A stretch of DNA of 64,000 nt from Myxococcota bacterium. GTDB lineage: Bacteria > Myxococcota_A > UBA9042 > DTJE01. A model generated the notes under the pieces. That model was given only the letters and a program-made list of their open reading frames with translations, did not search any database and was not told where the DNA came from. A program made the position numbers and the translations under genes. The DNA lies in NCBI GenBank assembly GCA_017994695.1, contig JAGOKF010000002.1, positions 21,643-85,642 on the forward strand, given 5' to 3'. Positions 11,138-22,724 of this stretch are shown piece after piece. Each line of letters begins with the position of its first letter. The first letter of the stretch is position 1.

Positions 11138-11169
11138 GAGTCCAGGCGGTTTCGCCAGGGGAGACGGAG

Positions 11170-11709
11170 ATGACCAGACTGCAGAAGAAATACGAGGAGG
11201 AAGTGGTTCCGGCCCTGATGAGGCAGTTCGCCTACCGGAACCGCTTCCAGGTGCCCCGCCTGGTCAAGGTGACCTTGAACATGGGCCTGGGCGAGGCGAC
11301 GCAGAACCCGAAGATCATCGAGAACTCGGTGGAGGAACTGGGCCGGATCACGGGGCAGCGTCCCGTGGTGACGCGGTGCCGGAAGTCCATCGCCGCGTTC
11401 AAGGTCCGCAAGGGCAACACCGTCGGCGTCTCGGTCACCCTGCGGGGGGACCGGATGTGGGAGTTCCTGGACCGGCTGGTCAACGTGGCGCTCCCCCGCG
11501 TCCGGGACTTCCGGGGCGTGTCCACGAAGGCCTTCGACGGCCACGGGGACTACACGCTGGGCCTCCGGGAGCAGATCATCTTCCCCGAGGTGGACTACGA
11601 CAAGGTCGAGAAGCTGAAGGGGATGAACATCACGGTAGGAACCAGCGCCCGGAACGACGAGGAGGCTCTGGCGCTGCTGAAGGGCCTGGGGATGCCCTTC
11701 CGGAAGTGA
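11170..11709 (+). CDS. rplE: 50S ribosomal protein L5
   Basis: [20 protein letters not shown]... Confidence 0.95.
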   Translation: MTRLQKKYEEEVVPALMRQFAYRNRFQVPRLVKVTLNMGLGEATQNPKIIENSVEELGRITGQRPVVTRCRKSIAAFKVRKGNTVGVSVTLRGDRMWEFLDRLVNVALPRVRDFRGVSTKAFDGHGDYTLGLREQIIFPEVDYDKVEKLKGMNITVGTSARNDEEALALLKGLGMPFRK

Positions 11710-11728
11710 AGCATCAGGAGGTGCAGAC

Positions 11729-11914
11729 GTGGCGAAGACGTCTCTGAGAATCAAGGCCAAGCGGAAGCCGAAGTTCCAGGTGCGGACATACAACCGTTGT
11801 CCGCTCTGCGGTCGTCCGAGGGCCTTTCTCCGGAAGTTCAACATGTGCCGTATCTGCTTCCGGAATCTGGCGTTGCGGGGAGACCTGCCCGGCGTCGTCA
11901 AGGCCAGCTGGTAA
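11729..11914 (+). CDS. rpsZ: 30S ribosomal protein S14, zinc-binding type Z
   Basis: 61 aa with CPLCGRP...CRIC (C-x2-C...C-x2-C). Confidence 0.92.
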   Translation: MAKTSLRIKAKRKPKFQVRTYNRCPLCGRPRAFLRKFNMCRICFRNLALRGDLPGVVKASW

Positions 11915-11932
11915 GGCGAGGAGGGTCGGGAG

Positions 11933-12328
11933 ATGACGACTGATCCCATCGGGGACATGCTGACGCGGATTCGGAACGCCCTCCAGGCGGGACACGCGGA
12001 TCTGGAGATCCCGTCGTCCAACCTGAAGAAGCGGATTGCCGAGATCCTGAAGGAACAGGGCTTCATCGAGGACTTCTCGGTCCTCGAGGATCGCACCCAG
12101 GGCATCCTGAAGATCTACCTGAAGTACGTCGCGCCGAAGCGGGGAGCCATCGCCGGGATCCGGCGGGAGAGCAAGCCCGGGCGGCGGATCTACGTCGGGA
12201 AGAAGGACATCCCCCGGGTCCGGCGAGGCATGGGCCTGGCGATCCTCTCCACTCCCCAGGGAGTGATGGCCGACCAGGAGGCCCGCAAGAGAGGGATCGG
12301 CGGCGAATTGCTGTTGACCGTCTGGTGA
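11933..12328 (+). CDS. rpsH: 30S ribosomal protein S8
   Basis: MTTDPIGDMLTRIRNA... Confidence 0.95.
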   Translation: MTTDPIGDMLTRIRNALQAGHADLEIPSSNLKKRIAEILKEQGFIEDFSVLEDRTQGILKIYLKYVAPKRGAIAGIRRESKPGRRIYVGKKDIPRVRRGMGLAILSTPQGVMADQEARKRGIGGELLLTVW

Positions 12329-12410
12329 GGCACCCGGGGCGCCGGTGATTCCGGCTCCCGGTGGACGCCGGCCCCCGGGTCGGCGCGAGCGGTGAACCGA
12401 GGAGGCGAAC

Positions 12411-12950
12411 GTGTCGCGAATCGGAAAGAAACCCATCCCGGTACCGGCCGGCGTGGAGGTTCGTCTGGAACCCCCGACCGTGACGGTGAAAGGCCCCCTG
12501 GGAACCCTGTCCCGGAGTCTCCGGGGCGTCACGGTGGCCCGCGAGGGCAGCGTGCTGGTGGTGCAGCCGGACCCGGCGGCCCCGGACCGGGCGAAGATGC
12601 ACGGGCTGATGCGGACCCTGGTGGCCAACATGGTCGAGGGAGTCAGCACCGGGTTCACCCGGGTCCTGACCATCGCCGGAACCGGCTACAAGGCCGAGGG
12701 CGGCGGCCAGGAGCTGACCCTCTACCTGGGCTACTCGAAGCCCGTGGTCTTCCCGCTCCCGGACGGCGTCACCGGCACCGTGGAAGACAAGGGGCTCAAG
12801 ATCACGCTGAAGAGCCGGGACAAGGAACTGCTCGGGGACACGGCCGCCCGGCTCCGGGCCGTCCGGCCGGTGGAGCCCTACAAGGGCAAGGGGGTCGCCT
12901 ACCTGGGCGAGAAGGTGCGCAGGAAGGCTGGCAAGTCCGGCACGAAGTAG
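12411..12950 (+). CDS. rplF: 50S ribosomal protein L6
   Basis: [17 protein letters not shown]... Confidence 0.95.
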   Translation: MSRIGKKPIPVPAGVEVRLEPPTVTVKGPLGTLSRSLRGVTVAREGSVLVVQPDPAAPDRAKMHGLMRTLVANMVEGVSTGFTRVLTIAGTGYKAEGGGQELTLYLGYSKPVVFPLPDGVTGTVEDKGLKITLKSRDKELLGDTAARLRAVRPVEPYKGKGVAYLGEKVRRKAGKSGTK

Positions 12951-12966
12951 CGTCGGGGAGGGTCAA

Positions 12967-13341
12967 GTGGAGATTCGGAACGCCCAGATTCGGAGACAGG
13001 CCCGGTTGAACCGGAAGGCCCGCATCCGGAAGAGGATCGTCGGCACCCCGGAACGGCCCCGGCTGGTGATCTTCCGGAGCGCGCGCCACATCTCCTGCCA
13101 GGTCATCGACGACCAGGCGGGTCGCACGCTGTGCGCGGCGTCCAGCGAGGGCAAGGCCTTCGCCGAGGCGGCCGGCAAGGTCGCCAAGACCGAGGCGGCG
13201 AAGAAGGTGGGGGCCCTGATCGCGGAGCGTTGCAAGGCCGCCGGGATCGAGGCGGTGGTCTTCGACCGGAACGGGTTCCTGTATCACGGCCGGGTGGCGG
13301 CCCTGGCGGACGCGGCCCGGGAGGCCGGCCTCAAGTTCTAG
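12967..13341 (+). CDS. rplR: 50S ribosomal protein L18
   Basis: GTG start. ...[18 protein letters not shown]... Confidence 0.92.
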   Translation: MEIRNAQIRRQARLNRKARIRKRIVGTPERPRLVIFRSARHISCQVIDDQAGRTLCAASSEGKAFAEAAGKVAKTEAAKKVGALIAERCKAAGIEAVVFDRNGFLYHGRVAALADAAREAGLKF

Positions 13342-13351
13342 GAGGAACGCG

Positions 13352-13852
13352 GTGGCATACGAAGAAGTCGAAGAGAAACTGGAGTTCACCGAGCACATCG
13401 TCCACCTGAGCCGCGTGGCCAAGGTGGTGAAGGGAGGACGCCGGTTCTCCTTCGCCGCGCTGGTGGTCATCGGCAACGGGGAGGGCCTGGTGGGGTTCGG
13501 ACTGGGCAAGGCCCAGGAGGTCCCGGAGGCGATCCGGAAAGGCGGCGAGCAGGCGAAGAAGAACATGATCCGCGTGCCGCTGTTCGGGACCACGATCCCC
13601 CACGAGGTCGAGGGACGCTTCGGCGCGGGACGGGTGCTGCTGAAGCCCGCCGTGCCCGGCACCGGGGTGATCGCCGGCGGCGCCGCCCGGGCCGTGCTGG
13701 AGGCCGCGGGGGTGAGGGACGTCCTGTCCAAGAGCCTGGGCACCCGGAATCCCCACAACGTCGTTCGGGCGACCGTCGTCGCCTTGAGGGGCCTGACGTC
13801 GAAGGACATGGCCCTCGAAAAGCGCGGCATCCGCCAGGAGGTAGTGGAATGA
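13352..13852 (+). CDS. rpsE: 30S ribosomal protein S5
   Basis: ...[37 protein letters not shown]... Confidence 0.95.
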   Translation: MAYEEVEEKLEFTEHIVHLSRVAKVVKGGRRFSFAALVVIGNGEGLVGFGLGKAQEVPEAIRKGGEQAKKNMIRVPLFGTTIPHEVEGRFGAGRVLLKPAVPGTGVIAGGAARAVLEAAGVRDVLSKSLGTRNPHNVVRATVVALRGLTSKDMALEKRGIRQEVVE

Positions 13853-14319
13853 AGGAGCTTTCTCGCCTCTCGCCGCAGCCCGGTTCGGTGACCGCCCGGA
13901 AGCGGGTGGGTCGCGGCCGCGGCTCCGGGCTGGGCAAGACCTCCGGCAGGGGCCACAAGGGAACCGGCGCCCGGACCGGGAAGGGCCGACCCCCGTGGTT
14001 CGAGGGCGGCCAGATGCCGCTGCAGCGGCGCCTCCCCAAGAAGGGGTTCACGCCCCTGGTGCGCAAGGAGTTCGCCATCGTGAACACCGGGGCCCTCGAG
14101 ATCTTCCCCGAGGGGACCCGGGTGGACCCGGCGACCCTGCGGGCGGCCGGCCTGGTGCGCCAGGTCCGGGACGGCGTCAAGATCCTGGGAAGCGGGGACC
14201 TGACGCGCCGGCTGGACGTGGTGGCCCACGCCTTCAGCGACACGGCCCGGAAAAAGATCGAGGCGGCCGGCGGCACCGTGACGGCCATCCTGGAAACGAA
14301 GGAAGAGACCGGGGCGTAG
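13849..14319 (+). CDS. rplO: 50S ribosomal protein L15
   Basis: ...[20 protein letters not shown]... The ATG overlaps the rpsE stop, so there is no L30 gene in between. Confidence 0.94.
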   Translation: MKELSRLSPQPGSVTARKRVGRGRGSGLGKTSGRGHKGTGARTGKGRPPWFEGGQMPLQRRLPKKGFTPLVRKEFAIVNTGALEIFPEGTRVDPATLRAAGLVRQVRDGVKILGSGDLTRRLDVVAHAFSDTARKKIEAAGGTVTAILETKEETGA

Positions 14320-14340
14320 CGCCCCGCGGGGAGGTTCGAC

Positions 14341-15675
14341 GTGGCCAACAGCCTCGAAGGACTGGGCAAGGTCCCCGAGTTGCGGAAACGGCTGCTCTAC
14401 ACCCTGGGCATGCTCGCGGTGTACCGCCTCGGGATCTTCGTCACGGTCCCCGGTGTGGACCGCGACATCATCTCGAACTACGTCCGGTTCGGACAGACGG
14501 GACTGCTGGGACTGTTCGACATGTTCTCTGGGGGCGCGATGGGCCAGATGTCCATCTTCGCCCTGGGGGTCATGCCCTACATCAGCGCCTCGATCATCTT
14601 CCAGCTGCTGGCGGTGGTCGTCCCCGCCCTGGAGCGTCTCCAGAAGGAGGGCGACGCGGGCCGGCGCAAGATCAACCAGTACACCCGGTACGCCACGGTG
14701 GCCCTCTCGGCCATCCAGGGCGTCGCCATCGCCGTGTGGCTCCAGTCGCTGAACAGCCAGGCCGGGACCGAGAACGTGGTCCGGATCAGTTCCTTCCTGT
14801 TCAAGTTCCTGACGGTCCTCTCGCTGACCACCGGGACGATGTTCCTGATGTGGCTCGGGGAGTCCATCACCGACCGGGGGATCGGCAACGGCATCTCTCT
14901 GATCATCTTCGCGGGCATCGTGGCCCGGCTGCCCGACGCGGTGGTCCAGACCTTCAGCCTCTCCACCCTCCAGGGCGGGAAGCTGGAGCCCCTGACCCTG
15001 CTGGTCATCGGGGCGCTGATCGTCGCCACCATCGGGTTCATCGTGTTCTTCGAACGGGCCCAGCGGCGCATCCCGGTGCAGTACGCGAAGAAGGTCGTGG
15101 GGCGGAAGCTCTACGGCGGCCAGACCACCTATCTGCCCCTGAAGGTCAACACCGCCGGCGTCATTCCCCCGATCTTCGCCTCCTCGATCCTGATGTTCCC
15201 GGCCACCCTCTCGGGGCTGTTCCCCGGGGCCACCTGGGTCACCTGGATGCAGAACGCCCTGGGACCCGGCGGCACGCTGTACAACACGCTCTACGTGGTG
15301 ATGATCATCTTCTTCGCCTTCTTCTACACCGCGGTCACCTTCAACCCGGTGGACGTCGCGGACAACCTGAAGAAGAACGGGGGATTCGTGCCGGGGATCC
15401 GGGCCGGCAAGGCGACCGCCGACTACATCGACCGGGTGCTCTCCCGGGTGACCGTCGGGGGCGCCATCTACATCGCGGCCATCTGCGTCCTCCCGACCAT
15501 TCTGCAGCAGAAGTTCCAGGTGCCCTTCTACTTCGGCGGCACCTCGCTGCTGATCGTGGTCGGCGTCGCGCTGGACACGGCGGGGCAGATCGAGGCGCAT
15601 CTGATCAGCCGGTCCTACGAAGGCTTCGCGGGGGCTCACGGACCCCGGGTCCGTGGACGGAGGGACTACCAGTGA
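14341..15675 (+). CDS. secY: Preprotein translocase subunit SecY
   Basis: 444 aa with 10 transmembrane segments, in the canonical position after rplO. Confidence 0.95.
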   Translation: MANSLEGLGKVPELRKRLLYTLGMLAVYRLGIFVTVPGVDRDIISNYVRFGQTGLLGLFDMFSGGAMGQMSIFALGVMPYISASIIFQLLAVVVPALERLQKEGDAGRRKINQYTRYATVALSAIQGVAIAVWLQSLNSQAGTENVVRISSFLFKFLTVLSLTTGTMFLMWLGESITDRGIGNGISLIIFAGIVARLPDAVVQTFSLSTLQGGKLEPLTLLVIGALIVATIGFIVFFERAQRRIPVQYAKKVVGRKLYGGQTTYLPLKVNTAGVIPPIFASSILMFPATLSGLFPGATWVTWMQNALGPGGTLYNTLYVVMIIFFAFFYTAVTFNPVDVADNLKKNGGFVPGIRAGKATADYIDRVLSRVTVGGAIYIAAICVLPTILQQKFQVPFYFGGTSLLIVVGVALDTAGQIEAHLISRSYEGFAGAHGPRVRGRRDYQ

Positions 15676-16340
15676 CCGACGGTCCCCGCTACCGCCTGAT
15701 CCTGTTCGGTCCCCCCGGCGTGGGAAAGGGGACCCAGGCCCGGATGCTCCAGGAGCGCCTGGGGATCTGCGCCATCGCCACCGGGGACCTGCTGCGGGAG
15801 GAGGTGGCCCGGAAGTCGCCCCTGGGACAGGAGGCGGCCCGCTACATGGAGAGCGGATTGCTGGTCCCCGACCAGGTCGTCATCGGCATGGTGAAGGGGC
15901 GGATCCAGGCCCAGGGCGGCTGCGGGGCCGGCTTCATCCTCGACGGCTTCCCCCGCACCGTGGACCAGGCGGAGGCCCTCCGGGCCGCCGATATCGGCAT
16001 CGACCTGGTGGTCCACCTCCGGGTGCCGGAGGAGGCCATCATCCGCCGGCTCGCGGGGCGGAAAATCTGCCCTTCCTGTGGTCGGGTCTTTCATGTAGAA
16101 TACGCCCCCCCGGTGGATGGCGCGCACTGCGACTCCTGCGGCGCCGCGCTGATCACCCGGGAGGACGACCAGGAGGCGACGGTCCGCGCGCGCCTCCGGG
16201 TCTACGAGGAGAAGACGATGCCGCTGCTCCGGTACTACCGGGAGCAGGGCCTGCTGGCCACCGTGGACGGGATGCAGGATCCCGGGCACGTGCAGGAGGA
16301 CATCCTGACCCTGTTGCGCCAGACGAGGACGGAGTCATGA
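15672..16340 (+). CDS. adk: Adenylate kinase
   Basis: P-loop '[13 protein letters not shown]' and a Zn-lid 'CPSCG...CDSCG'. The GTG overlaps the secY stop. Confidence 0.93.
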   Translation: MTDGPRYRLILFGPPGVGKGTQARMLQERLGICAIATGDLLREEVARKSPLGQEAARYMESGLLVPDQVVIGMVKGRIQAQGGCGAGFILDGFPRTVDQAEALRAADIGIDLVVHLRVPEEAIIRRLAGRKICPSCGRVFHVEYAPPVDGAHCDSCGAALITREDDQEATVRARLRVYEEKTMPLLRYYREQGLLATVDGMQDPGHVQEDILTLLRQTRTES

Positions 16341-16558
16341 CGCCGAAGGAAGAGGCCATCGAGGTCGAAGGGACGGTCGTGGAGGCGCTGCCGAACGCGA
16401 CGTTCCGGGTGGAACTGGCCAACGGCCATCGGGTGCTGGCTCACGTGTGCGGCAAGATGCGGATGCACTTCATCCGCATCCTCCCGGGGGACAAGGTGAA
16501 GGTGGAACTTTCCCCGTACGACGTGACCCGGGGACGGATCACCTTCCGGGTGCGGTGA
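16337..16558 (+). CDS. infA: Translation initiation factor IF-1
   Basis: [54 protein letters not shown]. Confidence 0.95.
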   Translation: MTPKEEAIEVEGTVVEALPNATFRVELANGHRVLAHVCGKMRMHFIRILPGDKVKVELSPYDVTRGRITFRVR

Positions 16559-16568
16559 GGAGGGGACC

Positions 16569-16682
16569 ATGAAGGTAAAGGCCTCGGTGAAGAAGATCTG
16601 TGAGAAGTGCAAGGTCATCAAGCGTCGCGGGGTCGTGCGGGTGATCTGCGAGAATCCCCGGCACAAGCAGCGCCAGGGCTGA
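16569..16682 (+). CDS. rpmJ: 50S ribosomal protein L36
   Basis: Hand-translated as [37 protein letters not shown]. It is too short to appear in the ORF track. Confidence 0.9.
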   Translation: MKVKASVKKICEKCKVIKRRGVVRVICENPRHKQRQG

Positions 16683-16696
16683 GGACGGGAGGAACC

Positions 16697-17065
16697 ATGG
16701 CTCGTATTGCAGGCGTCGATCTCCCCAGGAAGAAGCCGGTGGGCATCGCCCTCCGGTACATCTACGGCATCGGGCCCACCAACGCCCTCCGCGTCCTGGC
16801 CCAGGCCGGTGTGTCCCCCAGGACGCGGACCGACGACCTCACCGAGGGCGAGGTCGCCCGCATCCGGGAGGTGCTCGATGCGGGGTTCAAGGTGGAGGGA
16901 GACCTCCGCCGGGAAGTTGCCGCGAACATCAAGGTGCTGATGGACATGGGGTGCTACCGGGGGCTCCGCCACCGGAAGGGCCTTCCGGTCCGGGGCCAGC
17001 GGACGCACACCAATGCCAGGACCCGCAAGGGGCGCCGGGGCGCCACGATCAAGAAGAAGAAGTAG
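16697..17065 (+). CDS. rpsM: 30S ribosomal protein S13
   Basis: [26 protein letters not shown]... Confidence 0.95.
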   Translation: MARIAGVDLPRKKPVGIALRYIYGIGPTNALRVLAQAGVSPRTRTDDLTEGEVARIREVLDAGFKVEGDLRREVAANIKVLMDMGCYRGLRHRKGLPVRGQRTHTNARTRKGRRGATIKKKK

Positions 17066-17077
17066 TCGCAGCAGGAG

Positions 17078-17473
17078 GTGGCCGATATGGCCAAGGCGAA
17101 GACGGGAAAGAAGAAGATCCGCAAGGACGTGCCGCTGGGGGTCGTGCACATCAACTCGACCTTCAACAACACGATCGTGACCATCACGGACCCCACGGGG
17201 GCGGTGGTCGCTTGGTCCTCCGCCGGTCGGCGGGGATTCAAGGGTTCCCGGAAGTCCACGCCCTTCGCGGCCCAGCTGGCGGCGGAGGACGCGGCGAAGC
17301 GGGCCCAGGAAGTGGGCATGAAGTCGGTGCAGGTCCTCGTGAAGGGCCCCGGAGCCGGGCGAGAGTCGGCGGTCAGGGCCCTGGCCGCCGCCGGCCTGCG
17401 GGTCACCTACATCCGGGACGTGACGCCGGTTCCGCACAACGGTTGTCGGCCGCCGAAGCGTCGGCGCGTCTGA
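17078..17473 (+). CDS. rpsK: 30S ribosomal protein S11
   Basis: ...[21 protein letters not shown]... Confidence 0.95.
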   Translation: MADMAKAKTGKKKIRKDVPLGVVHINSTFNNTIVTITDPTGAVVAWSSAGRRGFKGSRKSTPFAAQLAAEDAAKRAQEVGMKSVQVLVKGPGAGRESAVRALAAAGLRVTYIRDVTPVPHNGCRPPKRRRV

Positions 17474-17486
17474 TCAGGAGGGAGTC

Positions 17487-18146
17487 GTGGCCAGGTACAC
17501 GGACGGACTTTGCCGGATCTGTCGGCGGGAAGGGATGAAGCTCTTCCTCAAGGGAGAGCGGTGCCATTCGGACAAGTGCGCGTTCCAGCACCGGGCCTAT
17601 GCCCCCGGCCAGCACGGACAGGCCAGGCGCAAGCCCACGCCCTACGCCACCCAGCTGCGGGAGAAGCAGAAGGTGCGCCGCCTCTACGGGATGCTGGAAG
17701 GGCAGTTCCGGCGCTTCTTCGAGCACGCCAACGCGATGCGGGGCAACACCGGGGACAACCTCCTGCGCCTGTTGGAGTCCCGCCTGGACTCGGTGGTCTA
17801 CCGCTGCGGCTTCGGGGCCAGCCGGGGGGACGCCCGCCAGCTGGTGAGCCACGGCCACATCCTGGTGAACGGCCGCCGGGTCACGATCCCCTCCTTCGTC
17901 GTGAAGGCCGGGGACGTCGTGGAGGTGCGGTCCCGTTCCGCCAGCCTGAAGCGGGTCCAGGAGGCGCTGGCCATGGCGTCGAGGACCCGTTCCCCCCGGT
18001 GGTTGGAGGTCGATCCCGCGAAGGCCCGGGCGGTGGTCAAGTCGCTGCCCGAAGCCGAGGACCTGAGGGACCTGATTCCGGAGGCAGAGACCGAAGGGAA
18101 GCCGGCCATCCGCCAGGAGTTGATCGTCGAGATCTACTCGAAGTGA
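17487..18146 (+). CDS. rpsD: 30S ribosomal protein S4
   Basis: MARYTDGLCRICRREGMKLFLKGERC... Confidence 0.94.
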   Translation: MARYTDGLCRICRREGMKLFLKGERCHSDKCAFQHRAYAPGQHGQARRKPTPYATQLREKQKVRRLYGMLEGQFRRFFEHANAMRGNTGDNLLRLLESRLDSVVYRCGFGASRGDARQLVSHGHILVNGRRVTIPSFVVKAGDVVEVRSRSASLKRVQEALAMASRTRSPRWLEVDPAKARAVVKSLPEAEDLRDLIPEAETEGKPAIRQELIVEIYSK

Positions 18147-18190
18147 CCGGCTGTCGGTGACGCAGAGAGGGTTCCCACAGGAGGCACCAG

Positions 18191-19231
18191 ATGCAGAAGG
18201 TCTCGGAAAAGAACTGGCGGGAGTTGATCCGTCCCCGGTCGGTCCTGGTCGAGAAGGAGTCCCTGACCAACCGCTACGGGAAGTTCATTGCCGAGCCCCT
18301 GGAGCGGGGCTTCGGAATCACCCTGGGCAACAGCCTGCGGCGCATCCTCCTGTCCACCATCCGCGGCGCCGCGGTGACCTCGGTTCGCATCGACGGCGTG
18401 ATGCACGAGTTCTCGACGATTCCCGAGGTCTACGAGGACGTGACCGAGATCGTCCTGAACCTGAAGTCCCTGGACCTGGCGCTGGAAACGGAGGAGCAGA
18501 AACAGGTCCACGTGCACCTGGAGGGCGAGCGGACCGTGACCGGAGCCGACCTGTTCCAGGGGCCCGAGGTCACCTGCCTGAACCCCCACCACGTGATCTG
18601 CACGATGGGACCCGGCGCGGTGCTGGACATGGACCTCACGGTCCGGGCCGGCTACGGGTACCACCCGGCCGAGCGGAACAAGGACCCCAACGCCCCCCTG
18701 GGCACCATTCCCATCGACTCGATCTTCAGCCCGATCCGGAAGGTGAACTACCGGGTCACCAACGCCCGGGTCGGGCAGCAGACGGACTATGACCGCCTGA
18801 CCATCGAGGTCTGGACCAACGGCGCCGTGGAGCCCCCGGACGCGTTGGCCATCGCGGCGAAGATCCTGAAGGAGCAGGCCCAGGTCTTCATCCACTTCGA
18901 CGAGGGGGCCGAGGATCAGATCCCCCAGGTCACCCTGCCCTCCCAGGAGGCCGACGGGTCCGTGGCCACCGTCACCGACGCCGCCACCTCCGATGTCCTG
19001 TTCCGTCCCGTCGAGGAACTGGAACTGTCGGTCCGGGCCCAGAACTGCCTCCAGACCGCCGGGATCCGCCTGGTGGGGGACCTGGTGCAGAAGACCGAGG
19101 GCGAACTGCTGAAGACCCGGAGATTCGGACGGAAGTCCCTGAAGGAGATCCAGGACGCCCTCCAGGACCTGGGGCTGTCGCTGGGCATGCGCCTGGAGAA
19201 CTTCGACCCGAGCCTGCGCTCGGAGTCATGA
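18191..19231 (+). CDS. rpoA: DNA-directed RNA polymerase subunit alpha
   Basis: 346 aa with N-terminal and C-terminal alpha domains, in the canonical position. Confidence 0.95.
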   Translation: MQKVSEKNWRELIRPRSVLVEKESLTNRYGKFIAEPLERGFGITLGNSLRRILLSTIRGAAVTSVRIDGVMHEFSTIPEVYEDVTEIVLNLKSLDLALETEEQKQVHVHLEGERTVTGADLFQGPEVTCLNPHHVICTMGPGAVLDMDLTVRAGYGYHPAERNKDPNAPLGTIPIDSIFSPIRKVNYRVTNARVGQQTDYDRLTIEVWTNGAVEPPDALAIAAKILKEQAQVFIHFDEGAEDQIPQVTLPSQEADGSVATVTDAATSDVLFRPVEELELSVRAQNCLQTAGIRLVGDLVQKTEGELLKTRRFGRKSLKEIQDALQDLGLSLGMRLENFDPSLRSES

Positions 19232-19243
19232 CGGGAGAGGATC

Positions 19244-19648
19244 ATGCGACACAACCGAAAGCAGGTGAAACTGAACCGGACCGCGTCCCATCGCCGGGCA
19301 CTGTTCCGCAATCTCCTGTCCTCCCTGTTCCTCCACGGACGCATCGTCACCACCGAGGCGAAGGCCAAGGAGGTCAAGCGGCGGGCGGACATCCTGATCG
19401 GGTCGGCCCGGAAGGGCGGCCTGCACCAGCGGCGCCTGGCGGCGGCCCAGCTGTTCGGAGCCGAGGCGGTCCAGGCCCTCTTCGACCGGTGGGCCCCCAG
19501 CTTCCCGGACCGGGTCAGCGGCTTCACCCGCGCGGTGAAACTGGGATTCCGGCAGGGGGACGCCTCCCAGATGGTGCTGGTGGAAATCCTTGGGGCCGCC
19601 CCCGCCGCGGGGGAGGCGCCGGAGGCGCCGCAGGCGGAGAAGGACTGA
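19244..19648 (+). CDS. rplQ: 50S ribosomal protein L17
   Basis: MRHNRKQVKLNRTASHRRALFRNL... Confidence 0.95.
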   Translation: MRHNRKQVKLNRTASHRRALFRNLLSSLFLHGRIVTTEAKAKEVKRRADILIGSARKGGLHQRRLAAAQLFGAEAVQALFDRWAPSFPDRVSGFTRAVKLGFRQGDASQMVLVEILGAAPAAGEAPEAPQAEKD

Positions 19649-19651
19649 TCG

Positions 19652-19686
19652 CCCCGCCCGGAGCGGGGATCGGCCGGTAGGCCGGC
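19652..19686 (+). terminator. Possible weak intrinsic terminator or attenuator: two GC-rich hairpins after rplQ
   Basis: ccccgc-ccgga-gcgggg, then gccgg-tagg-ccggc. There is no real U-tract, as is usual in a high-GC genome. Confidence 0.2.
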
Positions 19687-19818
19687 AGCCCCCGGACCCT
19701 TGCCGGCCCGGGGAGAACGCACGCTCCCAACATCCACCGTGGCCGGGAGTTCCGGCCGGTTGGGGAGCGGAGGTTGGAGGCCCCGAAGGGCTCTCCATGG
19801 AAACGGAGGATCGACCCC

Positions 19819-20634
19819 ATGCCCGACATCAAGCTGCGTGATCTCCTGGAAGCCGGATGCCACTTCGGCCACCGGACACAGCGTTGGAACCCGAAGATGA
19901 AGCCGTACATCTTCGGCGCCCGGAACGGCATCCACATCGTGGACCTGCAGAAGACCCAGCGCCTGCTGAAGGACGCCCTGAACTTCCTCAGCCGCAAGGT
20001 GGCCGAAGGGGAGACGGTGCTGTTCGTGGGCACCAAGCCCCAGGCGCAGCTGGTGGTCGAGGAGGAGGCCCGGAGGGCCCGGATGCCCTTCGTGACGAAC
20101 CGCTGGCTCGGCGGCACGCTGACGAACTTCGTCACCCTGCGGAAGTCCCTGGAGCGCCTGAACGAGATCGACGCGCTGCTGGCCGAGGGCAGCGTCGAGC
20201 GCCTCCAGAAGAAGGAGGTCGTCCGGCTCGAGAAGGAGCAGGCCCGGATGCTGAAGAACCTCCGGGGTCTCCGGGGGCTCTCGGGGCTGCCGGGGGCGAT
20301 GGTCGTGGTGGACTCCACCCGGGAGCGGATCGCCATCCGCGAGGCCAACCGGGCGGGCATCCCCGTCGTCGCCGTGGTGGACACCAACGGGGACCCGGAC
20401 AACATCCAGTACGTCGTGCCGGCCAACGACGACGCCATCCGGTCGATCCGGCTGACCGTCGGCGCCTTTGCCGATGCCTGCCTGGAGGCGGCCGCCCTGC
20501 GTCACCGGGGCGGAGAGGACGGCACCTGGGAGGCGCCTGCCGTCCAGGAAGGCCCGCGTCCCGACGTCGTCTTCCGCGGGCGGGGAGTCCCGGCCGCGCC
20601 GGCCCCCGAGGACGTGTCGAACACCGACCAGTAG
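19819..20634 (+). CDS. rpsB: 30S ribosomal protein S2
   Basis: MPDIKLRDLLEAGCHFGHRTQRWNPKM... The internal ATG at 19819 is preferred over the ORF-track start at 19774. Confidence 0.93.
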   Translation: MPDIKLRDLLEAGCHFGHRTQRWNPKMKPYIFGARNGIHIVDLQKTQRLLKDALNFLSRKVAEGETVLFVGTKPQAQLVVEEEARRARMPFVTNRWLGGTLTNFVTLRKSLERLNEIDALLAEGSVERLQKKEVVRLEKEQARMLKNLRGLRGLSGLPGAMVVVDSTRERIAIREANRAGIPVVAVVDTNGDPDNIQYVVPANDDAIRSIRLTVGAFADACLEAAALRHRGGEDGTWEAPAVQEGPRPDVVFRGRGVPAAPAPEDVSNTDQ

Positions 20635-20689
20635 GCACTGGTCGTTCCCCGAACGCAATCCGTTCCCAGGTGGACAAGGAGGATCGAAG

Positions 20690-21289
20690 ATGGGTTACAC
20701 GGCGCAACAGGTGAAGGAACTGCGGGAAATGACCGGCGCGGGAATCCTGGACTGCAAGAACGCCCTGGCCGAGACCGACGGCGACATGGCGAAGGCGGTC
20801 GAGGTCCTCCGGAAGCGCAACGCCGCCGTCGCGGTGAAGAAGCTCTCCCGGGAGGCGAAGGACGGGCTGGTCCAGACCTACGTCCACGGCGAGGGCCGCA
20901 TCGGCGTGCTGGTCGAGGTCAACAGCGAGACGGACTTCGTCGCCCGGTCCGAGGACTTCCGGAACTACGTGAAGGAGATCTGCCTGCAGATCGCCGCGAT
21001 GGCGCCCCAGTACGTCACCCGGGAGGAGATCCCGGCGGCCGAGGTGGAAAAGCAGAAGGAGATCTTCCTGGCCCAGATGGGGGAGACCCGGAAGCCCCCG
21101 GAGGTCCTCGCCAAGATCATCGAGGGAAAACTGGGCAAGTGGTACTCGGAGGTCTGCCTGATGGACCAGGCGTACATCCGGGACGACAGCAAGACGATCC
21201 GCGATCTGCAGAACGAGATCGTGGCCCGCTGCGGCGAGAACATCCGCGTGCGGCGATTCGCCCGCTATGCCCTCGGCGAAGGTCTCTGA
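20690..21289 (+). CDS. tsf: Elongation factor Ts (short ~200-aa form)
   Basis: MGYTAQQVKELREMTGAGILDCKNALAETDGDMAKAVEVLRK. Confidence 0.92.
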   Translation: MGYTAQQVKELREMTGAGILDCKNALAETDGDMAKAVEVLRKRNAAVAVKKLSREAKDGLVQTYVHGEGRIGVLVEVNSETDFVARSEDFRNYVKEICLQIAAMAPQYVTREEIPAAEVEKQKEIFLAQMGETRKPPEVLAKIIEGKLGKWYSEVCLMDQAYIRDDSKTIRDLQNEIVARCGENIRVRRFARYALGEGL

Positions 21290-21311
21290 TATCCTCCCCG
21301 GGTCCCTGACG

Positions 21312-22073
21312 ATGAGGGAGGCCCCGATGCCCCCGGATTCCGCTTCCCAGGGCCCCCGTTTCCGTCGCGTATTGCTGAAGCTTTCCGGCGAGGCCCTCCA
21401 GGGGCATCGTTCGGCCGGCGTGGACCCCGAGGTGGTGACCGCCTTCGCCCAGGAGGTGAAGGGGGCCCGGGAGATGGGGGCGCAGATGGCGCTGGTCATC
21501 GGCGGAGGCAACTACTTCCGGGGCATCTCGGAGGTCGGCCGCCAGTTCGACCGGGCCACCGCCGACACCGTGGGGATGCTGGCCACGGTGATGAACGCGC
21601 TGGTCTTCTGCGACGTGCTGGAGCGCCTGGGCCAGCCGACCCGGGTGATGACGGCCCTCCAGATGCCCCAGGTGGCCGAGCCGTTCATCCGGCGGCGGGC
21701 CATCCGGCACATGGAGAAGGGCCGGGTGGTGCTGCTGGCGGCGGGCACCGGCCACCCGTTCTTCAGCACCGACACCGCCGCCGTGCTCCGGGCCCTGGAG
21801 ATCCAGGCCGACGCGGTCCTCAAGGGCACCAAGGTGGATGGCGTCTACACCGCGGACCCCGCCCGCCATGCCGACGCGGTGCGCTACGACCGGGTCTCCT
21901 TCTCCCGGGTGCTGGAGGAGGGGCTGGGGGTGATGGACGCGACCGCCATCGCTCTCTGCCGGGAGCATCGGCTGCCGCTGGTCGTCTTCGACATCCGCCG
22001 GCCAGGCAACCTGGTGCGCCTGCTCTCCGGGGAATCCATCGGGACGGAAGTCATTCAGGAGGAAGAGCCATGA
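21312..22073 (+). CDS. pyrH: UMP kinase
   Basis: ...RVLLKLSGEAL...IGGGNYFRG... Aspartokinase-fold nucleotide kinase. Confidence 0.9.
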   Translation: MREAPMPPDSASQGPRFRRVLLKLSGEALQGHRSAGVDPEVVTAFAQEVKGAREMGAQMALVIGGGNYFRGISEVGRQFDRATADTVGMLATVMNALVFCDVLERLGQPTRVMTALQMPQVAEPFIRRRAIRHMEKGRVVLLAAGTGHPFFSTDTAAVLRALEIQADAVLKGTKVDGVYTADPARHADAVRYDRVSFSRVLEEGLGVMDATAIALCREHRLPLVVFDIRRPGNLVRLLSGESIGTEVIQEEEP

Positions 22074-22618
22074 TCGAGACCACCCTGAAGGAACTGGAGA
22101 CCGCGTTCCACAAGGCCATCGAGAACTTCGAGAAGGAACTCTCGAGGGTCCGGACCGGACGGGCCAACCTGGCCCTGCTGGACGGGATTCGGGTCGAGTA
22201 CTACGGGGTCCCGACCCCCCTCTCCCAGGTGGCGGCCCTGACGGTTCCCGATCCGCGGCTGATCCTGATCCGGCCCTGGGACAAGAAGCTGATCGCGTCC
22301 ATCGAGAAGGCCATCGCCGCCGCGGACCTGGGTCTCAATCCCCAGAACGACGGCGACGTCATCCGGCTGGCCATCCCCGCCCTGACGACCGAGCGGCGGC
22401 GGGAACTGGTGAAGCAGGTGAAGCGGCTGACCGAGGAGGCGAAGGTGTCGGTGCGGAACCTTCGCCGGGATGCCCGCTCCCGGCTGGAGAAGGCCGACGG
22501 CCTGCCCGAGGACGACGTCAAGAAGGCCCTGGAGCGCATCGACCGGGAGACCGACAAGACGGTCAAGCAGGCCGAGGACATCTCCGCCAGGAAAGAAAAA
22601 GAGATCATGGAGTTCTAG
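22070..22618 (+). CDS. frr: Ribosome recycling factor
   Basis: MIETTLKELETAFHKAIENFEKELSRVRTGRANLALLDGIRVEYYG. Confidence 0.94.
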   Translation: MIETTLKELETAFHKAIENFEKELSRVRTGRANLALLDGIRVEYYGVPTPLSQVAALTVPDPRLILIRPWDKKLIASIEKAIAAADLGLNPQNDGDVIRLAIPALTTERRRELVKQVKRLTEEAKVSVRNLRRDARSRLEKADGLPEDDVKKALERIDRETDKTVKQAEDISARKEKEIMEF

Positions 22619-22627
22619 TCCGTCGCC

Positions 22628-22647
22628 CCCTGCCTGCCCGCAGGGGT
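22628..22647 (+). terminator. Possible intrinsic terminator after frr (7-bp GC stem cccctgc/gcagggg with a 6-nt loop, followed by tt)
   Basis: The hairpin was paired by hand. Its U-tract is weak. Confidence 0.25.
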
Positions 22648-22724
22648 TCCCGGCAGCCGGCGCGATGGACCGGAGTCGGGCTTCCGGACTATACTGCCTC
22701 CGTCTTGCCATCCGGGGAGGGGCC

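Noticed and set aside
13849-13852. Absence of rpmD (L30) between rpsE and rplO.
   Set aside because: L30 is missing in many bacterial lineages, so this is not unusual by itself.
12802-15639. A 945-aa minus-strand ORF antisense to rplF-secY.
   Set aside because: Its composition is Pro/Arg/Gly/Asp-biased with no motifs, and it lies opposite highly conserved ribosomal genes. It is a high-GC stop-codon-depletion artefact.
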